Assembly (NCBI GenBank): GCA_965238175.1
Contig: CBDEGZ010000003.1
Span: 1,184,001-1,248,000, forward strand
Source of the DNA: Gammaproteobacteria bacterium
Lineage (GTDB): Bacteria > Pseudomonadota > Gammaproteobacteria > CAJXQU01
Reading direction: 5' to 3'
Length of the DNA stretch: 64,000 bases
In this document: positions 1 to 11,244 of the stretch, one piece after another
Position numbering within the stretch: position 1 is the stretch's first letter
How the letters are laid out: each line of letters begins with the position of its first letter
Notes under the pieces: generated by a model
Told to the model about the DNA's origin: nothing
What the model saw: the letters and a program-made list of their open reading frames with translations, nothing else
Databases searched by the model: none
Program-made: the position numbers and the translations under genes

Positions 1-1
1 C

Positions 2-31
2 AAAAAAAGGCGAACCTGAGTTCGCCTTTTT
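2..31 (-). terminator. Rho-independent terminator downstream of acnB (possibly bidirectional)
   Basis: AAAAAGGCGAAC-ctga-GTTCGCCTTTTT perfect hairpin with A/T runs on both sides, 20 bp after the acnB stop. Confidence 0.85.
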
Positions 32-51
32 ATTAAATGATAACTAACGTA

Positions 52-2670
52 TCAATTAGCAACTCTAACCGGTATATCGGCCAATTTTGCTGGAGCTTCA
101 GCTGCTTTTTCAGTGTATTCTGCAATTTCATCAAAATTCAGATAGCGATAGATATCATCTGCCATGGGATCAATTTTTGATGCAAATTCCATATACTCTT
201 CTTTATTAGGAATTTTACCGAGAATTGAGGCTACTGCGGCTATCTCAGCTGAAGAAAGATATACATTTGCACCATCGCCAAGACGATTTGGGAAGTTACG
301 AGTTGAAGTCGAAACTACTGTAGAATTTGCCGCAACTCGTGCCTGGTTACCCATGCAGAGCGAACAACCCGCCATTTCTGTTCTGGCGCCTGCTTTGCCA
401 TAAATGCTGTAGTAACCTTCAGCAGTAAGTTGTGCTTCATCCATTTTTGTTGGCGGTGCAACCCAAAGACGCGTTGGGATGACTTCTTTAAATTGCTCAA
501 GCATTTTACCAGCAGCACGGAAGTGACCAATATTGGTCATACATGATCCAAGGAAGACTTCATCGATCTTGGTGCCAGCAACGTCAGCTAATGTTTTCAC
601 ATCATCCGGATCATTCGGGCAAGCAAGAATTGGCTCATGAATTTTATTCATGTCGATTTCGATGATGGTATGATATTCCGCATCAGCATCAGCCTCCATT
701 AACTCCGGATTTTTGATCCATTCTTCCATTGCTAAAGCACGGCGTTCTAATGTACGAGGGTCGCCATAATCATTCGCAATCATCCAACGTAGCATTGTGA
801 TGTTAGAGTTTAGATATTCGATGATTGGTTTTTTATCCAATTTGATCGTACAACCTGCTGCTGAGCGCTCAGCAGACGCATCCGATAATTCGAATGCTTG
901 CTCGACTTTAAGCTGAGGTAGACCTTCGATTTCAAGAACACGTCCAGAGAAAACGTTTTTCTTACCTTTTTTCTCTACCGTTAGAAGTCCCATTTCCAGT
1001 GCTTTCAAAGGAATTGCATTAACCAGATCACGCAGAGTGATCCCCGGCTGCATTTCACCAGAGAATCGAACAAGTACTGATTCAGGCATATCCAAGGGCA
1101 TAACGCCCGTTGCAGCTGCAAATGCAACCAGACCAGAACCGGCAGGAAAAGAAATACCGATCGGAAAACGTGTATGCGAATCACCACCCGTACCAACCGT
1201 ATCAGGCAGCAACATACGGTTTAACCAGGAGTGAATAACACCATCACCTGGTCGTAAAGAAACACCGCCACGAGTCATAATGAAATCAGGTAGCGTGTGA
1301 TGCGTGTTGACGTCAATGGGTTTTGGATAGGCAGCTGTATGACAAAAAGATTGCATAGTCAGATCAGCGGAGAAGCCAAGACAAGCCAGATCTTTCAACT
1401 CATCACGTGTCATCGGGCCTGTTGTATCTTGTGATCCAACAGTTGTCATCTTAGGTTCGCAGTAGGTATCTGGTCGAATGCCATCAACACCACATGCTTT
1501 ACCGACCATTTTTTGTGCAAGTGTATAACCCTTGCCGGTATCAACCGCAGGAACGGGTACACGGAATAGATCTGTTACGCCCAAGCCTAGTGCTTCTCTT
1601 GCACGAGTCGTTAGACCACGACCAATGATCAAAGGAATACGTCCGCCTGCGCGAACCTCATCCAAAAGGATCTCTGTTTTCAGACCGAAATCACATAAAG
1701 TATCACCACTGTTAGCATTTTTAACCAGACCTTCATAAGGGTAGATATCAACAACATCACCCGTATTCAAATTATTGACATCACATTCAATCGGTAATGC
1801 ACCAGCATCTTCCAGCGTGTTAAAGAAAATAGGTGCAATTTTGCCACCAAGACAAAAACCACCAGCACGTTTGTTTGGAATGAAAGGAATATCATCGCCT
1901 GTATGCCAAAGCACAGAGTTAACCGCAGATTTACGTGAAGAACCGGTACCGACAACATCACCAACATAAGCTAAAGGGTGGCCTTTTTCTTTCAACGTTT
2001 CGATTTGTTTGATCGGACCAACAGTACCTTGCTGATCAGGATTAATACCTTCACGTTCCATTTTTAACATCGCTTGTGCGTGCAATGGGATATCTGGTCG
2101 TGACCAGGCATCTGGTGCAGGTGAAAGATCATCTGTATTTGTTTCACCTGTGACTTTGAAAACAGTGACGGTAATTTTTTCTGCCAGTTCAGGCTTACTC
2201 GTAAACCACTCGCCGTTAGCCAAGGACTCGATAATTTTTTTAGCGTGAGTATTACCGGCTTTCATTTTTTCTTCGACATCATAAAAGGCATCGAACATTA
2301 ATAATGTATGAGAAAGTGCTTCAATCGCAGGAGCAGCAATCTCTTCATCATCAAGTGCGTCGATCAAAGGTACGATGTTATAGCCGCCCAACATTGTGCC
2401 GAGTAGCTCTGTTGCTTTGACTTTATCGATGAGAGGAGAACTTGCTTCGCTTTTTGTAATCGCCGCCAGAAAACCCGCTTTTACATAAGCAGCCTGATCA
2501 ACACCGGCTGGTACACGATTGATCAAAAGATCAAGAATAAAATCTTCTTCACCAGCAGGTGGGTTTTTTAATAGTTCTACCAGATCAGCAGTTTGTTCAG
2601 GTGACAAAGGTTGAGGAACAATCCCCTCAGCGGCACGTTCTTCGACATGTTTGCGATAAGCTTCAAGCAC
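52..2670 (-). CDS. acnB: Aconitate hydratase B (aconitase 2 / 2-methylisocitrate dehydratase)
   Basis: 872 aa; [18 protein letters not shown]-terminus, [23 protein letters not shown], Fe-S cysteines GSCMTN and GCSLCMGNQ; GTG start. Confidence 0.98.
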   Translation of the reverse strand: MLEAYRKHVEERAAEGIVPQPLSPEQTADLVELLKNPPAGEEDFILDLLINRVPAGVDQAAYVKAGFLAAITKSEASSPLIDKVKATELLGTMLGGYNIVPLIDALDDEEIAAPAIEALSHTLLMFDAFYDVEEKMKAGNTHAKKIIESLANGEWFTSKPELAEKITVTVFKVTGETNTDDLSPAPDAWSRPDIPLHAQAMLKMEREGINPDQQGTVGPIKQIETLKEKGHPLAYVGDVVGTGSSRKSAVNSVLWHTGDDIPFIPNKRAGGFCLGGKIAPIFFNTLEDAGALPIECDVNNLNTGDVVDIYPYEGLVKNANSGDTLCDFGLKTEILLDEVRAGGRIPLIIGRGLTTRAREALGLGVTDLFRVPVPAVDTGKGYTLAQKMVGKACGVDGIRPDTYCEPKMTTVGSQDTTGPMTRDELKDLACLGFSADLTMQSFCHTAAYPKPIDVNTHHTLPDFIMTRGGVSLRPGDGVIHSWLNRMLLPDTVGTGGDSHTRFPIGISFPAGSGLVAFAAATGVMPLDMPESVLVRFSGEMQPGITLRDLVNAIPLKALEMGLLTVEKKGKKNVFSGRVLEIEGLPQLKVEQAFELSDASAERSAAGCTIKLDKKPIIEYLNSNITMLRWMIANDYGDPRTLERRALAMEEWIKNPELMEADADAEYHTIIEIDMNKIHEPILACPNDPDDVKTLADVAGTKIDEVFLGSCMTNIGHFRAAGKMLEQFKEVIPTRLWVAPPTKMDEAQLTAEGYYSIYGKAGARTEMAGCSLCMGNQARVAANSTVVSTSTRNFPNRLGDGANVYLSSAEIAAVASILGKIPNKEEYMEFASKIDPMADDIYRYLNFDEIAEYTEKAAEAPAKLADIPVRVAN

Positions 2671-2895
2671 GATATTTTCTCCAGAGTATGTGCGCCAGTT
2701 TCCTTACTAACACTTAGAAATGAATAGTTGTAAAAGTGAACCGTTAATTATAGTGGATTTTTGATAAGAAGCGTAGTCGGGCTCGGAAAACGAAAACCTT
2801 GGTATTTATTGATACACAGTAATCAATTATCTATGTACAAATAACGACAGAGCAGATTATTTACGGAAAATATTCGGGTGTGAACTCAATCGAGA

Positions 2896-3611
2896 TCAAG
2901 AACCTAAGAAGTAGCTAAGACGACTGTCGAAGTTGGTTAAAGAATATTCAACTGACTCAGAACACTCAGCCACTGCGTCTAGCGATATTTTCTTTTCTTG
3001 CGGATCGTAAACGAACAAATTGCCACTTAACGGGTTTGTCGCAAGATCAGGATTGTTTTGAATAAAAGTCGCAATCTGGGATGACGGAATATTCTTTTCT
3101 TTCAATAGCACAATAAAACGCAGTAGTTCTCTTCGAGCATGATAGGAATGCTGTGCAAGATATAGGCTTAAAATACAGATCTCGAAGTTGATAGATCAAA
3201 GGTATTAGCTATCTGTTCTGAAGGGCCAAATTTTATTAATTGTTTTATGTGATCGAATAGCTGGTTGCTTTCTCGTGAATAGGATTTTCTGATTTTGGTT
3301 TTAGAGCAGAGTTCTTTGAATGGTAAATGTGTATTTGCTAAAAACTCTTGAGCATTTTTATAAGCGTCATTTGAGTTTTGGTTTTTGTCCAAGCCAACAT
3401 AGTATTGGATCAATTTCTCCAACAAAGGGGATTTTGACGTAATCACTTTCTCTGGTTTGTTCAATCTTTATGATCAAATTTTTGTTTCTCTTGATCAGAA
3501 ATATGAATAAAAAAATGCCTCAGCTTCAGGATTAACGCGTGATAAATAAACCGCCCATCCGATTAAAAGGATTAGGGAAAGGATCAAAAAACGTATGAGG
3601 AATTTTTTCAT
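2896..3611 (-). pseudogene. Probable frameshifted gene for a membrane-anchored protein of unknown function
   Basis: ATG at 3611 gives MKKFLIRFLILSLILLIGWAVYL (TM/signal-like) and stops soon after a T7 run; same-strand ORF fragments follow at 3168-3464 and 2896-3111. Confidence 0.4.
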
Positions 3612-3945
3612 GGGTTTTAATTATTTGTTTCTAAACCATGTAACAGTATTTTCAATTGCAAGGTAGCAGATCGAAATTTATAACCCAAGTCACCTTGAGT
3701 TTTATTGCGGGAGAAAAAATTGAAAAATTATAGATCCTGTTTTAGTTTTTCGGCTAGTGCGATACTTGCATCTTGAGTCTCGTTAAGTTTATCGGATTCT
3801 ATAACGATGATAATTAATCTGAAAATTGCTGGAAAGTGTTTTCGTATTAGATATGATCTGTTCGCCAGTCAATATCCTCTTACAAACCGAGTGAGCTCTC
3901 GATCTTATTTGTTGCGCATATGATCATAAAATGTGACGGAAATAA

Positions 3946-3976
3946 AATAAGGCCCACCAGTTTCCTGGCAGGCTTT
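3946..3976 (-). terminator. Putative terminator after the surface-antigen gene
   Basis: Minus strand AAGCCTGCCAG-gaaa-CTGGTGGGCCTT (G-U pairs) followed by ATTTTATTT. Confidence 0.55.
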
Positions 3977-4006
3977 TATGGTAACCGAATTCTAAGTGTT
4001 AGCGGC

Positions 4007-4450
4007 TTAGTTAACAGTTTGCCAGCGTCCATCGTTTTGACGACACGCCGTTCCATAAACGGTTTCAACCCGGCCATCAATAGTCGCATTAGTACGGTAT
4101 TCACGACATGGGCCAGCAGCGGTTTCGTATGTGTGCGTAGGAGTGACTGCATACTGAACACCTGAATCGGGATTCTGCCAACGAGAAGTGGAGCCTGTTC
4201 GGGCATGTTCAAATGTACGGTTTGCTTTCATTTGATCCAGTTCATCCATACTTGCTCCAACCGAGCTGCCTAACATAGCACCGGCAAGAGTTCCTGCGGC
4301 AGTTGCAACTAACCGACCACTTCCACCTCCAATGGTACTGCCCACATAACCACCGACAATTGCGCCGGTTGTTGATCCAATAGTTTGTTTATTACAGCCC
4401 GCCAAAAAAGCCAGACTGGCGAGAAGAATTATTGTGATTAGCTTGTTCAT
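4007..4450 (-). CDS. Glycine-zipper 2TM lipoprotein, 17 kDa surface antigen-like
   Basis: Start re-assigned to ATG 4450 (GGAGG RBS); lipobox LAGC, glycine zipper GAIVGGYVGSTIGGGSG, C-terminal WQNPDSG...CREY...GTACRQNDGRW. Confidence 0.88.
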   Translation of the reverse strand: MNKLITIILLASLAFLAGCNKQTIGSTTGAIVGGYVGSTIGGGSGRLVATAAGTLAGAMLGSSVGASMDELDQMKANRTFEHARTGSTSRWQNPDSGVQYAVTPTHTYETAAGPCREYRTNATIDGRVETVYGTACRQNDGRWQTVN

Positions 4451-4601
4451 CTGGTGTGTCCTCCACCGGTATTTGACAGTGAATTTAAAAACTAGCGCAA
4501 ATATTCGCACGCAGTGACTGAACGAATCCTTAATAAGACATTAAGGGTTTGGACAAGATCAGGAGTCATTATTCAAAATTTCAGGTTGATAAAGAAGTCG
4601 T

Positions 4602-5366
4602 TTATTCGATGATAAGTACGCCGCCTTCTGCATCATCATCTTCGCTAAAAAAGTCATCCAGTTCTTCTGCAGGTGGATTGCCGTCATAGATTAAGGATGT
4701 TCTATGCTGGCGATATGCTTCTCGTGTAAATGCGTATGGATCAAGTGCCGCTTCATCTCTGAATGTCGAAGCATCGAGCAAATTCGCACGTTCATCAACA
4801 AATCTCAGGATAGTTAAGGGAATAGATATTCCGGAAGACAAATAGGTGATCGGGTTTAACAGCGTACTTGTTATTAAGTCAGGGGCGTCACGTGTTGAAC
4901 TGGATCCTAAAAGTGGCAGATTCAGATAAGCCCCTTCGCCTGCTCCCCAAGTTCCGAATGTCTGACCTAGATCTTCTTCATGTTTTACTAACCCTGCTGA
5001 AGAGGCAGGATCAAAAAATCCAAGAATACCGATTGTGCTATTGATAAGGAATCGGGCGGAATCGCCAATAGCCTGTTTAAATTTGCCTTGTAAAACATCG
5101 TTGAAGATAACGTTAATTGATTCAAGATTATCAAAGAAGTTGGTCATACTATTTCGTACGGGTTTAGGTGTAACGGCAACATAGCCTTTCGACACTGGTT
5201 TCATCACGCCTCTATCAAGCCCATCATTAAATCCATAAATTGGTCGATTAATTCCTTCCAGCGGATCAGTTTCATCTCTGGTTGCGCCGGTTTGGCAGCC
5301 AGTAGTTAGAAGGGTTGTGCATAGTAAAATCAGTACAATTAGTTTTTTTAGTAATCCAAATTTCAT
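4602..5366 (-). CDS. mlaA: MlaA/VacJ family outer-membrane lipoprotein
   Basis: Lipobox TTGC, DPLEGINR, RFLINSTIGILGFFD, EDLGQTFGTWG, DPYAFTREAY; likely ATG at 5366. Confidence 0.93.
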   Translation of the reverse strand: MKFGLLKKLIVLILLCTTLLTTGCQTGATRDETDPLEGINRPIYGFNDGLDRGVMKPVSKGYVAVTPKPVRNSMTNFFDNLESINVIFNDVLQGKFKQAIGDSARFLINSTIGILGFFDPASSAGLVKHEEDLGQTFGTWGAGEGAYLNLPLLGSSSTRDAPDLITSTLLNPITYLSSGISIPLTILRFVDERANLLDASTFRDEAALDPYAFTREAYRQHRTSLIYDGNPPAEELDDFFSEDDDAEGGVLIIE

Positions 5367-5703
5367 GTGGCGCCTCAAGCAATGTACGTAATAATCACGT
5401 TAATTTACAATTTTAGTTTCATCAACTTGACCCTCCACCGATTGATGCTCCTAATCTTTCAATTTTAACAAGCAACTTTCCTACCAGTCTATCAAAACCT
5501 TCGGATTTAATAATGGCGAACTTATTGAAGGAGGAAAATCACTTGCTTTTTTTAAGGAGGGTTATTATACGTCATTCAGTGATTTTCTAGTGTTAAATAA
5601 TAGGTAATGTTTTGATTCAGAATTAGATGGTACTTTATGTTTTTATAGGCACAAGAGCATATTTCTCAGGAAAGTAACGGATAATACACATTAAATTAAA
5701 AGG

Positions 5704-5742
5704 AGTTTATAGCCTATAACTTTGAATTATAGGCTATAAACT
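5704..5742. repeat. Perfect 16-bp inverted repeat (hairpin or operator)
   Basis: AGTTTATAGCCTATAA-ctttgaa-TTATAGGCTATAAACT. Confidence 0.7.
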
Positions 5743-5791
5743 GGCTGAGCCTAATCTTATATTAAAGTACGTGAAACCAGCTATGATAAAC

Positions 5792-7017
5792 TGTAGAAAT
5801 TCAGACTTGATCTGACAGTTACCCCTTTTTCTGTAACTGACTGTCAGGTTAAGTTTAGTTCACAAACTTTTCCTTCCAGATAGCTTGTCCGTCGATGAGT
5901 GTTTCCATCGGCGTCCTCCCGCAGCACATTTTGCCTTGGTGAGTTCGTTGAGTATTGTATTTGAGCAACCATTCGTCAAGGTCGAGTTGCAGTTCATCAA
6001 TCGATTGGTAAATTTTCTTACGCAAAGCGACTTGATAAAACTCATTGAGGATCGTCTTATGGAATCGCTCACAAATACCATTCGTCTGAGGTGATTTGAC
6101 CTTGGTTTTGGTGTGTTCGATATTGTTCAACGCCATATAAAGCTGATAATCATGCTGGTCAGCTCGCCCACAATACTCCGTCCCTCTATCTGTCAAAATG
6201 CGCAACATAGGCAAACGTTGTTGTTCGTAGAATGGGAGGACGCGGTCATTGAGCATGTCAGCTGCCGTAATCGGTGTTTTAGTCGGGTACAGTTTCGCGT
6301 GAGCGACCTTGCTGTAAGTATCAACAAACGTTTGTTGATAAACCCGACCAATGCCTTTGAAAGTACCGACATAGTAAGTATCTTGCGAGCCAAGATAACC
6401 AGGGTGTGCCGTCTCTATCTCGCCACAAGCCTCATCGTCGTCTTTCTTGCGTTCCATCGCCGCGACTTGAGACTCAGTGAGGATCAAGCCTTCACCAGCT
6501 ACCTTATCAGACAATGCCTTCAGGCGATCTTTAAAGCAAGCAAGACCATGACGAAGCCAGATACAACGAACGCCACTGGGTGAGACAAATGTTCCCCGTT
6601 TGCGCAGCTCGTTACTGGTGCGCGTTTGACCATGTGCGGGCTCTTCCAGTGCATACTCGAGCACAACGGTTTCAATAGCCGGGTCGATTCTGTTTTTAAG
6701 ATTTGGGGTACGCCGATTACGATCAAACAAGGCTTCTACACCGCCTTCATCAGCCGCTTCTTTGTAGCGATAAAATGTATCTCTGGACAAACCCATCATC
6801 TTGCAGGCTTTTGAGACATTGCCGAGTTCTTCAGCGAGATTGAGTAGACCAACTTTATGTTTTATAACTTTGTCATTAGTATGAATCATGAGAGTTACCT
6901 CTTTGTGTTTTGATGTTTACGTTGCAGTTACATCAAAGCGGGTAACTCTCACTAAATCAAGCGTCGCTACGCTCCGCTTGATTTAGTGATGTGTCAGATT
7001 GGGTCTAAACTTCTACA
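5792..7017 (-). mobile_element. IS481-family insertion sequence, complete
   Basis: TGT...ACA ends; 26-bp imperfect IRs TGTAGAAATTCAGACTTGATCTGACA and revcomp TGTAGAAGTTTAGACCCAATCTGACA; direct repeat GATAAAC at 5785-5791 and 7018-7024. Confidence 0.93.
5855..6889 (-). CDS. IS481-family transposase
   Basis: KHKVGLLNLAEELGNVSKACK HTH; DDE core QDT...TDRGTEY...NGICERFHKT. Confidence 0.95.
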   Translation of the reverse strand: MIHTNDKVIKHKVGLLNLAEELGNVSKACKMMGLSRDTFYRYKEAADEGGVEALFDRNRRTPNLKNRIDPAIETVVLEYALEEPAHGQTRTSNELRKRGTFVSPSGVRCIWLRHGLACFKDRLKALSDKVAGEGLILTESQVAAMERKKDDDEACGEIETAHPGYLGSQDTYYVGTFKGIGRVYQQTFVDTYSKVAHAKLYPTKTPITAADMLNDRVLPFYEQQRLPMLRILTDRGTEYCGRADQHDYQLYMALNNIEHTKTKVKSPQTNGICERFHKTILNEFYQVALRKKIYQSIDELQLDLDEWLLKYNTQRTHQGKMCCGRTPMETLIDGQAIWKEKFVN

Positions 7018-7225
7018 GATAAACTAATGCAGTATTAGTCTTCGCTGAGAGTGTCTGAACAAATTATTAGCACTATTTTCTTTTTCCAAAGACTCTTTCT
7101 ACTCGACCAAGCTCATAAGTTGCATTTGTTTTTACCCGCAATAATAGTGAATAGGGTTACCTCCTTGCATGATTGAATGTCACTCCCCATAATTGCAGTT
7201 TTCGTATGAAATGTGATTTTTGAAA

Positions 7226-9091
7226 ATGGATGATACACAAATCCCTTTACTTTCCAAAATAGATTCACCGGCAGATCTACGCAAACTAACCGAAACCCAG
7301 TTGCTGTCACTAGCAACCGAGTTACGTGCTTTTTTGTTGGGTGTCGTCAGTCAAAGTGGTGGTCATTTTGCTGCAGGTTTAGGAACAGTAGAGCTTACCG
7401 TTGCCTTACATTATCTCTATAACACACCAGAGGACCGGTTAGTTTGGGATGTCGGTCATCAAGCTTATCCGCATAAAATATTGACTGGTCGTCGCGATAG
7501 GATGACAACAATTCGTCAGAAGGGTGGTGTTTCACCTTTTCCAAACAGAGAAGAAAGTCCCTACGATACTTTTGGTGTTGGCCATTCTAGCACCTCGATT
7601 AGCGCAGCACTTGGTATGCAGATAGCGTCTGATCGTACAGGATCAAATCGGAAGTGTGTCGCGATTATTGGAGATGGTGGTATGACCGCAGGTTTGCCAT
7701 TTGAAGCTATGAATCACGCAGGAGCTGTGGGATCTGATCTTTTGGTGATACTCAACGATAATAATATGTCAATCTCGCCAAATGTTGGTGCGTTATCAAA
7801 TCACTTTGCTCAAGTATTATCAGGAAAAATCTATTCAACTGTGCGCGAGGGTGGCAAAAAAGTCCTGTCGAATATGCCTTCTGTTAAAGAGCTTGCTCAT
7901 CGTTTAGAGGAACACGCTAAAGGTTTGATCGTGCCGGGAACCTTATTTGAAGAGCTTGGTTTTAACTATATTGGCCCTATCGATGGTCACGATTTACCCG
8001 TTCTGATGAACACTTTACGTAATATAAAACGACTTAAGGGGCCGCAACTCCTGCATATACATACTAAAAAAGGTAAAGGCTATGAAAAAGCAGAAGCGGA
8101 TCCTGTTAAATATCATGGTGTATCACCTTTTGATCCTGAAAAAGGAATCATCTCTTCAGGTAAATCATCACCAGTGACTTATACAAATGTATTTAGCGAC
8201 TGGGTTTGTGATATGGCCGCAGAAGATGATCGGCTTGTTGCAATTACACCTGCGATGAGAGAAGGGTCAGGGTTAGTTCGTTTTGAAAAAGAATATCCTG
8301 ATCGCTATTTTGATGTTGCCATAGCAGAACAACATGCAGTGAATATTGCCGCAGGTATGGCCTGCGATGGCTTGAAACCGGTTGTCGCTATTTATTCGAC
8401 CTTTTTGCAGCGTGGTTATGATCAATTATTACATGATGTTGCTTTGCAAAATTTGCCCGTAATGTTCGCCATTGATCGGGCCGGTTTGGTCGGAGCAGAT
8501 GGCCCTACACATAATGGTATTTATGATTATTCCTTCATGCGTTGTTTACCGAACATGGTCATTATGGCACCGGCAGATGAGAACGAATGTCGACAGATGC
8601 TATATACAGGTATGCAACTAGATCAACCATCTTCAGTTCGATACCCTAGAGGTGATGGACCAGGGGTTAAGGTTCAAAAGGAAATGGTTGCTTTACCTGT
8701 TGGAAAAGCAGAAGTCAGAAAACAAAGTGAAAATAAGCAGTTGGCAATATTAGCCTTTGGGACAATGGTCACAGCAGCAATGGAAGTTGCGGAAGAAATT
8801 GATGCGACGATTGTAAATATGCGTTTCGTAAAACCACTAGATGTTGAGATGGTGAAAAAAATAGCTGATGAATATGCACAAATCATCACTATTGAAGAAA
8901 ATGTGATTGAGGGTGGTGCGGGTTCAGCTGTTGCGGAGACCTTGTCAGCGGCAGGTATTGTGACTAACATGCATCATTTGGGAATACCAGATCGGTTAAT
9001 TCATCATGGTTCTCAAGCAGAAATGTTGGAAGATTGTGGGTTAACCGCAGGGCAGATTAAGGGAAAAATCAACGCATTAGTTAATAATTAA
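7226..9091 (+). CDS. dxs: 1-deoxy-D-xylulose-5-phosphate synthase
   Basis: [28 protein letters not shown]...NDN TPP motif, [20 protein letters not shown]; ATG at 7226. Confidence 0.98.
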   Translation: MDDTQIPLLSKIDSPADLRKLTETQLLSLATELRAFLLGVVSQSGGHFAAGLGTVELTVALHYLYNTPEDRLVWDVGHQAYPHKILTGRRDRMTTIRQKGGVSPFPNREESPYDTFGVGHSSTSISAALGMQIASDRTGSNRKCVAIIGDGGMTAGLPFEAMNHAGAVGSDLLVILNDNNMSISPNVGALSNHFAQVLSGKIYSTVREGGKKVLSNMPSVKELAHRLEEHAKGLIVPGTLFEELGFNYIGPIDGHDLPVLMNTLRNIKRLKGPQLLHIHTKKGKGYEKAEADPVKYHGVSPFDPEKGIISSGKSSPVTYTNVFSDWVCDMAAEDDRLVAITPAMREGSGLVRFEKEYPDRYFDVAIAEQHAVNIAAGMACDGLKPVVAIYSTFLQRGYDQLLHDVALQNLPVMFAIDRAGLVGADGPTHNGIYDYSFMRCLPNMVIMAPADENECRQMLYTGMQLDQPSSVRYPRGDGPGVKVQKEMVALPVGKAEVRKQSENKQLAILAFGTMVTAAMEVAEEIDATIVNMRFVKPLDVEMVKKIADEYAQIITIEENVIEGGAGSAVAETLSAAGIVTNMHHLGIPDRLIHHGSQAEMLEDCGLTAGQIKGKINALVNN

Positions 9092-9294
9092 GCAAGATTC
9101 AGAAACAAAATAACAATAAAGTTCAAGCTGATGGAGTAGTAACAGGTTAGTAGGGATAACCACGAACTGTATAGATTGGTAACGTACATTTCTTATAAAA
9201 AGTGTCGCTAGTAGGTAACGCAATTTAGAGGTTTTGTGATTTGTTAAATACTGGGGGCACGCTAACTATTTGATAGTGGGGTTAAATATTGGAT

Positions 9295-9310
9295 TGGCAT
9301 GATTGATGCT
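9295..9310 (+). promoter_or_regulatory. Putative sigma54 (-24/-12) promoter of the PEP-CTERM gene
   Basis: TGGCAT-GATTG-ATGCT (GG-N10-GC) about 100 bp upstream of the ATG; PEP-CTERM genes are known to carry sigma54 promoters. Confidence 0.65.
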
Positions 9311-9318
9311 ATGTATAA

Positions 9319-9360
9319 CATGTTAGTGTTAACAATTTCATGTTAGTGTTAACAATTTCA
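9319..9360. repeat. Tandem duplication, 20-bp unit x2
   Basis: CATGTTAGTGTTAACAATTT twice, then CA. Confidence 0.9.
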
Positions 9361-9407
9361 GGTTTTTTCTGAAAATATTTTTGTACAATTAGAAAAAGGA
9401 GTTAATT

Positions 9408-10016
9408 ATGGGTTTTACAATCAAAAAGGCAGGGGTTATAGCAAGCATACTTACAAGTATTACTATTTACTCGTCTGCAGCGTCAGCGATTGTGGTTGAT
9501 TTTACTGGCAGTGGTGGCAATTTAGGCACAACAGCAATGTTTAATACAGGCTTTGTTGATGTTGCATCAACTGGGTCAGGTGGAGGAGCGCTTTATCAAG
9601 ATTCTGATGGTTTGGGTGTTATTGGTGCAGGTGACTCAGACGAAATCAATGGTAGAGTCGAAGTCGTTACCGTCACATTCGATCAAGCTGTAAGTATAAA
9701 TTCTATTACGGTAGATGATTTATGGTTGGATACGGGTGATGTAGGTGCGGGTTATCAGATTAATGGAACGGGAACAATATTTAATATTGCAGCAGTAAAC
9801 AATCGTTCAAGTAATCTACCAACAGTTTCTACATTTGGGACACCATTTTCTAGTGTTACCTCACTTACTTTCTTTGCAGGGGTATTAGATGATACAGCAA
9901 GGGGCTATGCGCTAAGAGCAATTGACTACGATGTTGCCGCAGTTCCAGTGCCTGCAGCGTTCTGGTTGTTAGGCTCGGCGATGGTGTTCCTTTTCAGGAA
10001 ACGTAAAGTCGGTTAA
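9408..10016 (+). CDS. PEP-CTERM (VPLPA-like, VPVPA) exosortase-substrate surface protein
   Basis: Signal peptide ending ASA; low-complexity Gly/Thr/Asp body; C-terminal VPVPAAFWLLGSAMVFLFRKRK; AGGAG RBS. Confidence 0.9.
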   Translation: MGFTIKKAGVIASILTSITIYSSAASAIVVDFTGSGGNLGTTAMFNTGFVDVASTGSGGGALYQDSDGLGVIGAGDSDEINGRVEVVTVTFDQAVSINSITVDDLWLDTGDVGAGYQINGTGTIFNIAAVNNRSSNLPTVSTFGTPFSSVTSLTFFAGVLDDTARGYALRAIDYDVAAVPVPAAFWLLGSAMVFLFRKRKVG

Positions 10017-10058
10017 AGCGAGAAAGTTGTTCTAAATACATATAGTTCTGATGTTCGG

Positions 10059-10087
10059 AAAGCCCTGTTTTTGACAGGGCTTTTTTA
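10059..10087 (+). terminator. Rho-independent terminator
   Basis: AAAGCCCTGT...ACAGGGCTTTTTT. Confidence 0.85.
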
Positions 10088-10230
10088 TTTTCCAGTTATT
10101 GCTGCTGCAAATGGACTTGGTGGGAAGAGGAGAACCTTAGAAACCTGATGTGATGGTCTCCTCCCCCTAACGGCATCTAGGTGCCATGATTGAACTGACA
10201 TACACACAATCAAAAGAGGAGAAGACCAAA

Positions 10231-11244
10231 ATGAAGACTACAACAATCGGGTTAGACATAGCAAAAAACGTATTTCATGCTGTCTGCTGTAATCAACAAG
10301 GGCGTATAATCAAAAAGAAAATGTTAAAGCGAGCGCAGGTACTCTCCTTTTTTCAATCTCAACCTCCTTGTTTAGTCGCAATAGAATCTTGTGCAACGTC
10401 ACAGTATTGGGCCCGAGCGATACAACAACAGGGACATCAGGTGAAATTACTACCACCTCAGCATGTTAACGCATTTCTAATCGGCAATAAGAATGATTAT
10501 AACGATGCCTTGGCCATCGCCGTTGCTGCGAAACAACCTCATTTAAAAAGTGTGGGCATTAAATCAGTTGAGCAACAAGACAACCAGGCACAACATAAAG
10601 CAAGAGACTTAGCGGTCAGACAAAGAACCGCATTATGTAACCAAATGAGAGCGCTTGTTGCAGAATATGGCATTAGCCTTCGTCCCGGCCTAAATACCCT
10701 ACGTCAATCTATCCCGTTGCTATTAAGTGATGAGAACGAACGGTTGTCCGTTACTTTCAAAAGGATACTGCGCCAGCTAAAGGAACAATGGCAATCACTT
10801 GATGCCTGTATTGCGACATTTGACCAATTGATCATTCAATCGGCAAAAAACAATGCGATTTGCCAACGCTTACAAACTATTCCAGGGTTTGGGCCGATGG
10901 TCTCGAGCGCGTATTTTAATGAAGTGGGAAACGGCGCTCATTATCACAAAGGGCGCGATGTGTCCGCCTCATTAGGACTTGTTCCACGACAGTACAGTAG
11001 TGGTGGTAAAGAGGTGCTACTGGGGATCAGTAAACGCGGCAATAAATACCTTCGTTGTTTGTTAATTCTAGGCGCGAAGGCCGTGGTATCAAGAGCCAAA
11101 ACGAAAGGCGATAAACTGAGTCAATGGATTAATCGTTTAGTTGAGACGCGGGGGCATAATCGAGCGTGTGTGGCGTATGCCAACAAAATGGCAAGAATGG
11201 CCTGGGCTATAACGGTTTCTGGTGATGACTACTCACCGGCCTAA
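10231..11244 (+). CDS. IS110-family DEDD recombinase/transposase
   Basis: IGLDIAK, IES, KNDYNDA (DEDD); C-terminal GLVPRQYSSGGK, ISKRGNKYLR, ANKMAR; ATG 10231 after GAGGAG. Confidence 0.95.
   Translation: MKTTTIGLDIAKNVFHAVCCNQQGRIIKKKMLKRAQVLSFFQSQPPCLVAIESCATSQYWARAIQQQGHQVKLLPPQHVNAFLIGNKNDYNDALAIAVAAKQPHLKSVGIKSVEQQDNQAQHKARDLAVRQRTALCNQMRALVAEYGISLRPGLNTLRQSIPLLLSDENERLSVTFKRILRQLKEQWQSLDACIATFDQLIIQSAKNNAICQRLQTIPGFGPMVSSAYFNEVGNGAHYHKGRDVSASLGLVPRQYSSGGKEVLLGISKRGNKYLRCLLILGAKAVVSRAKTKGDKLSQWINRLVETRGHNRACVAYANKMARMAWAITVSGDDYSPA

Noticed and set aside
164-1969. Small overlapping ORFs inside acnB and other long housekeeping genes
   Set aside because: They are shadow frames of well-supported genes.
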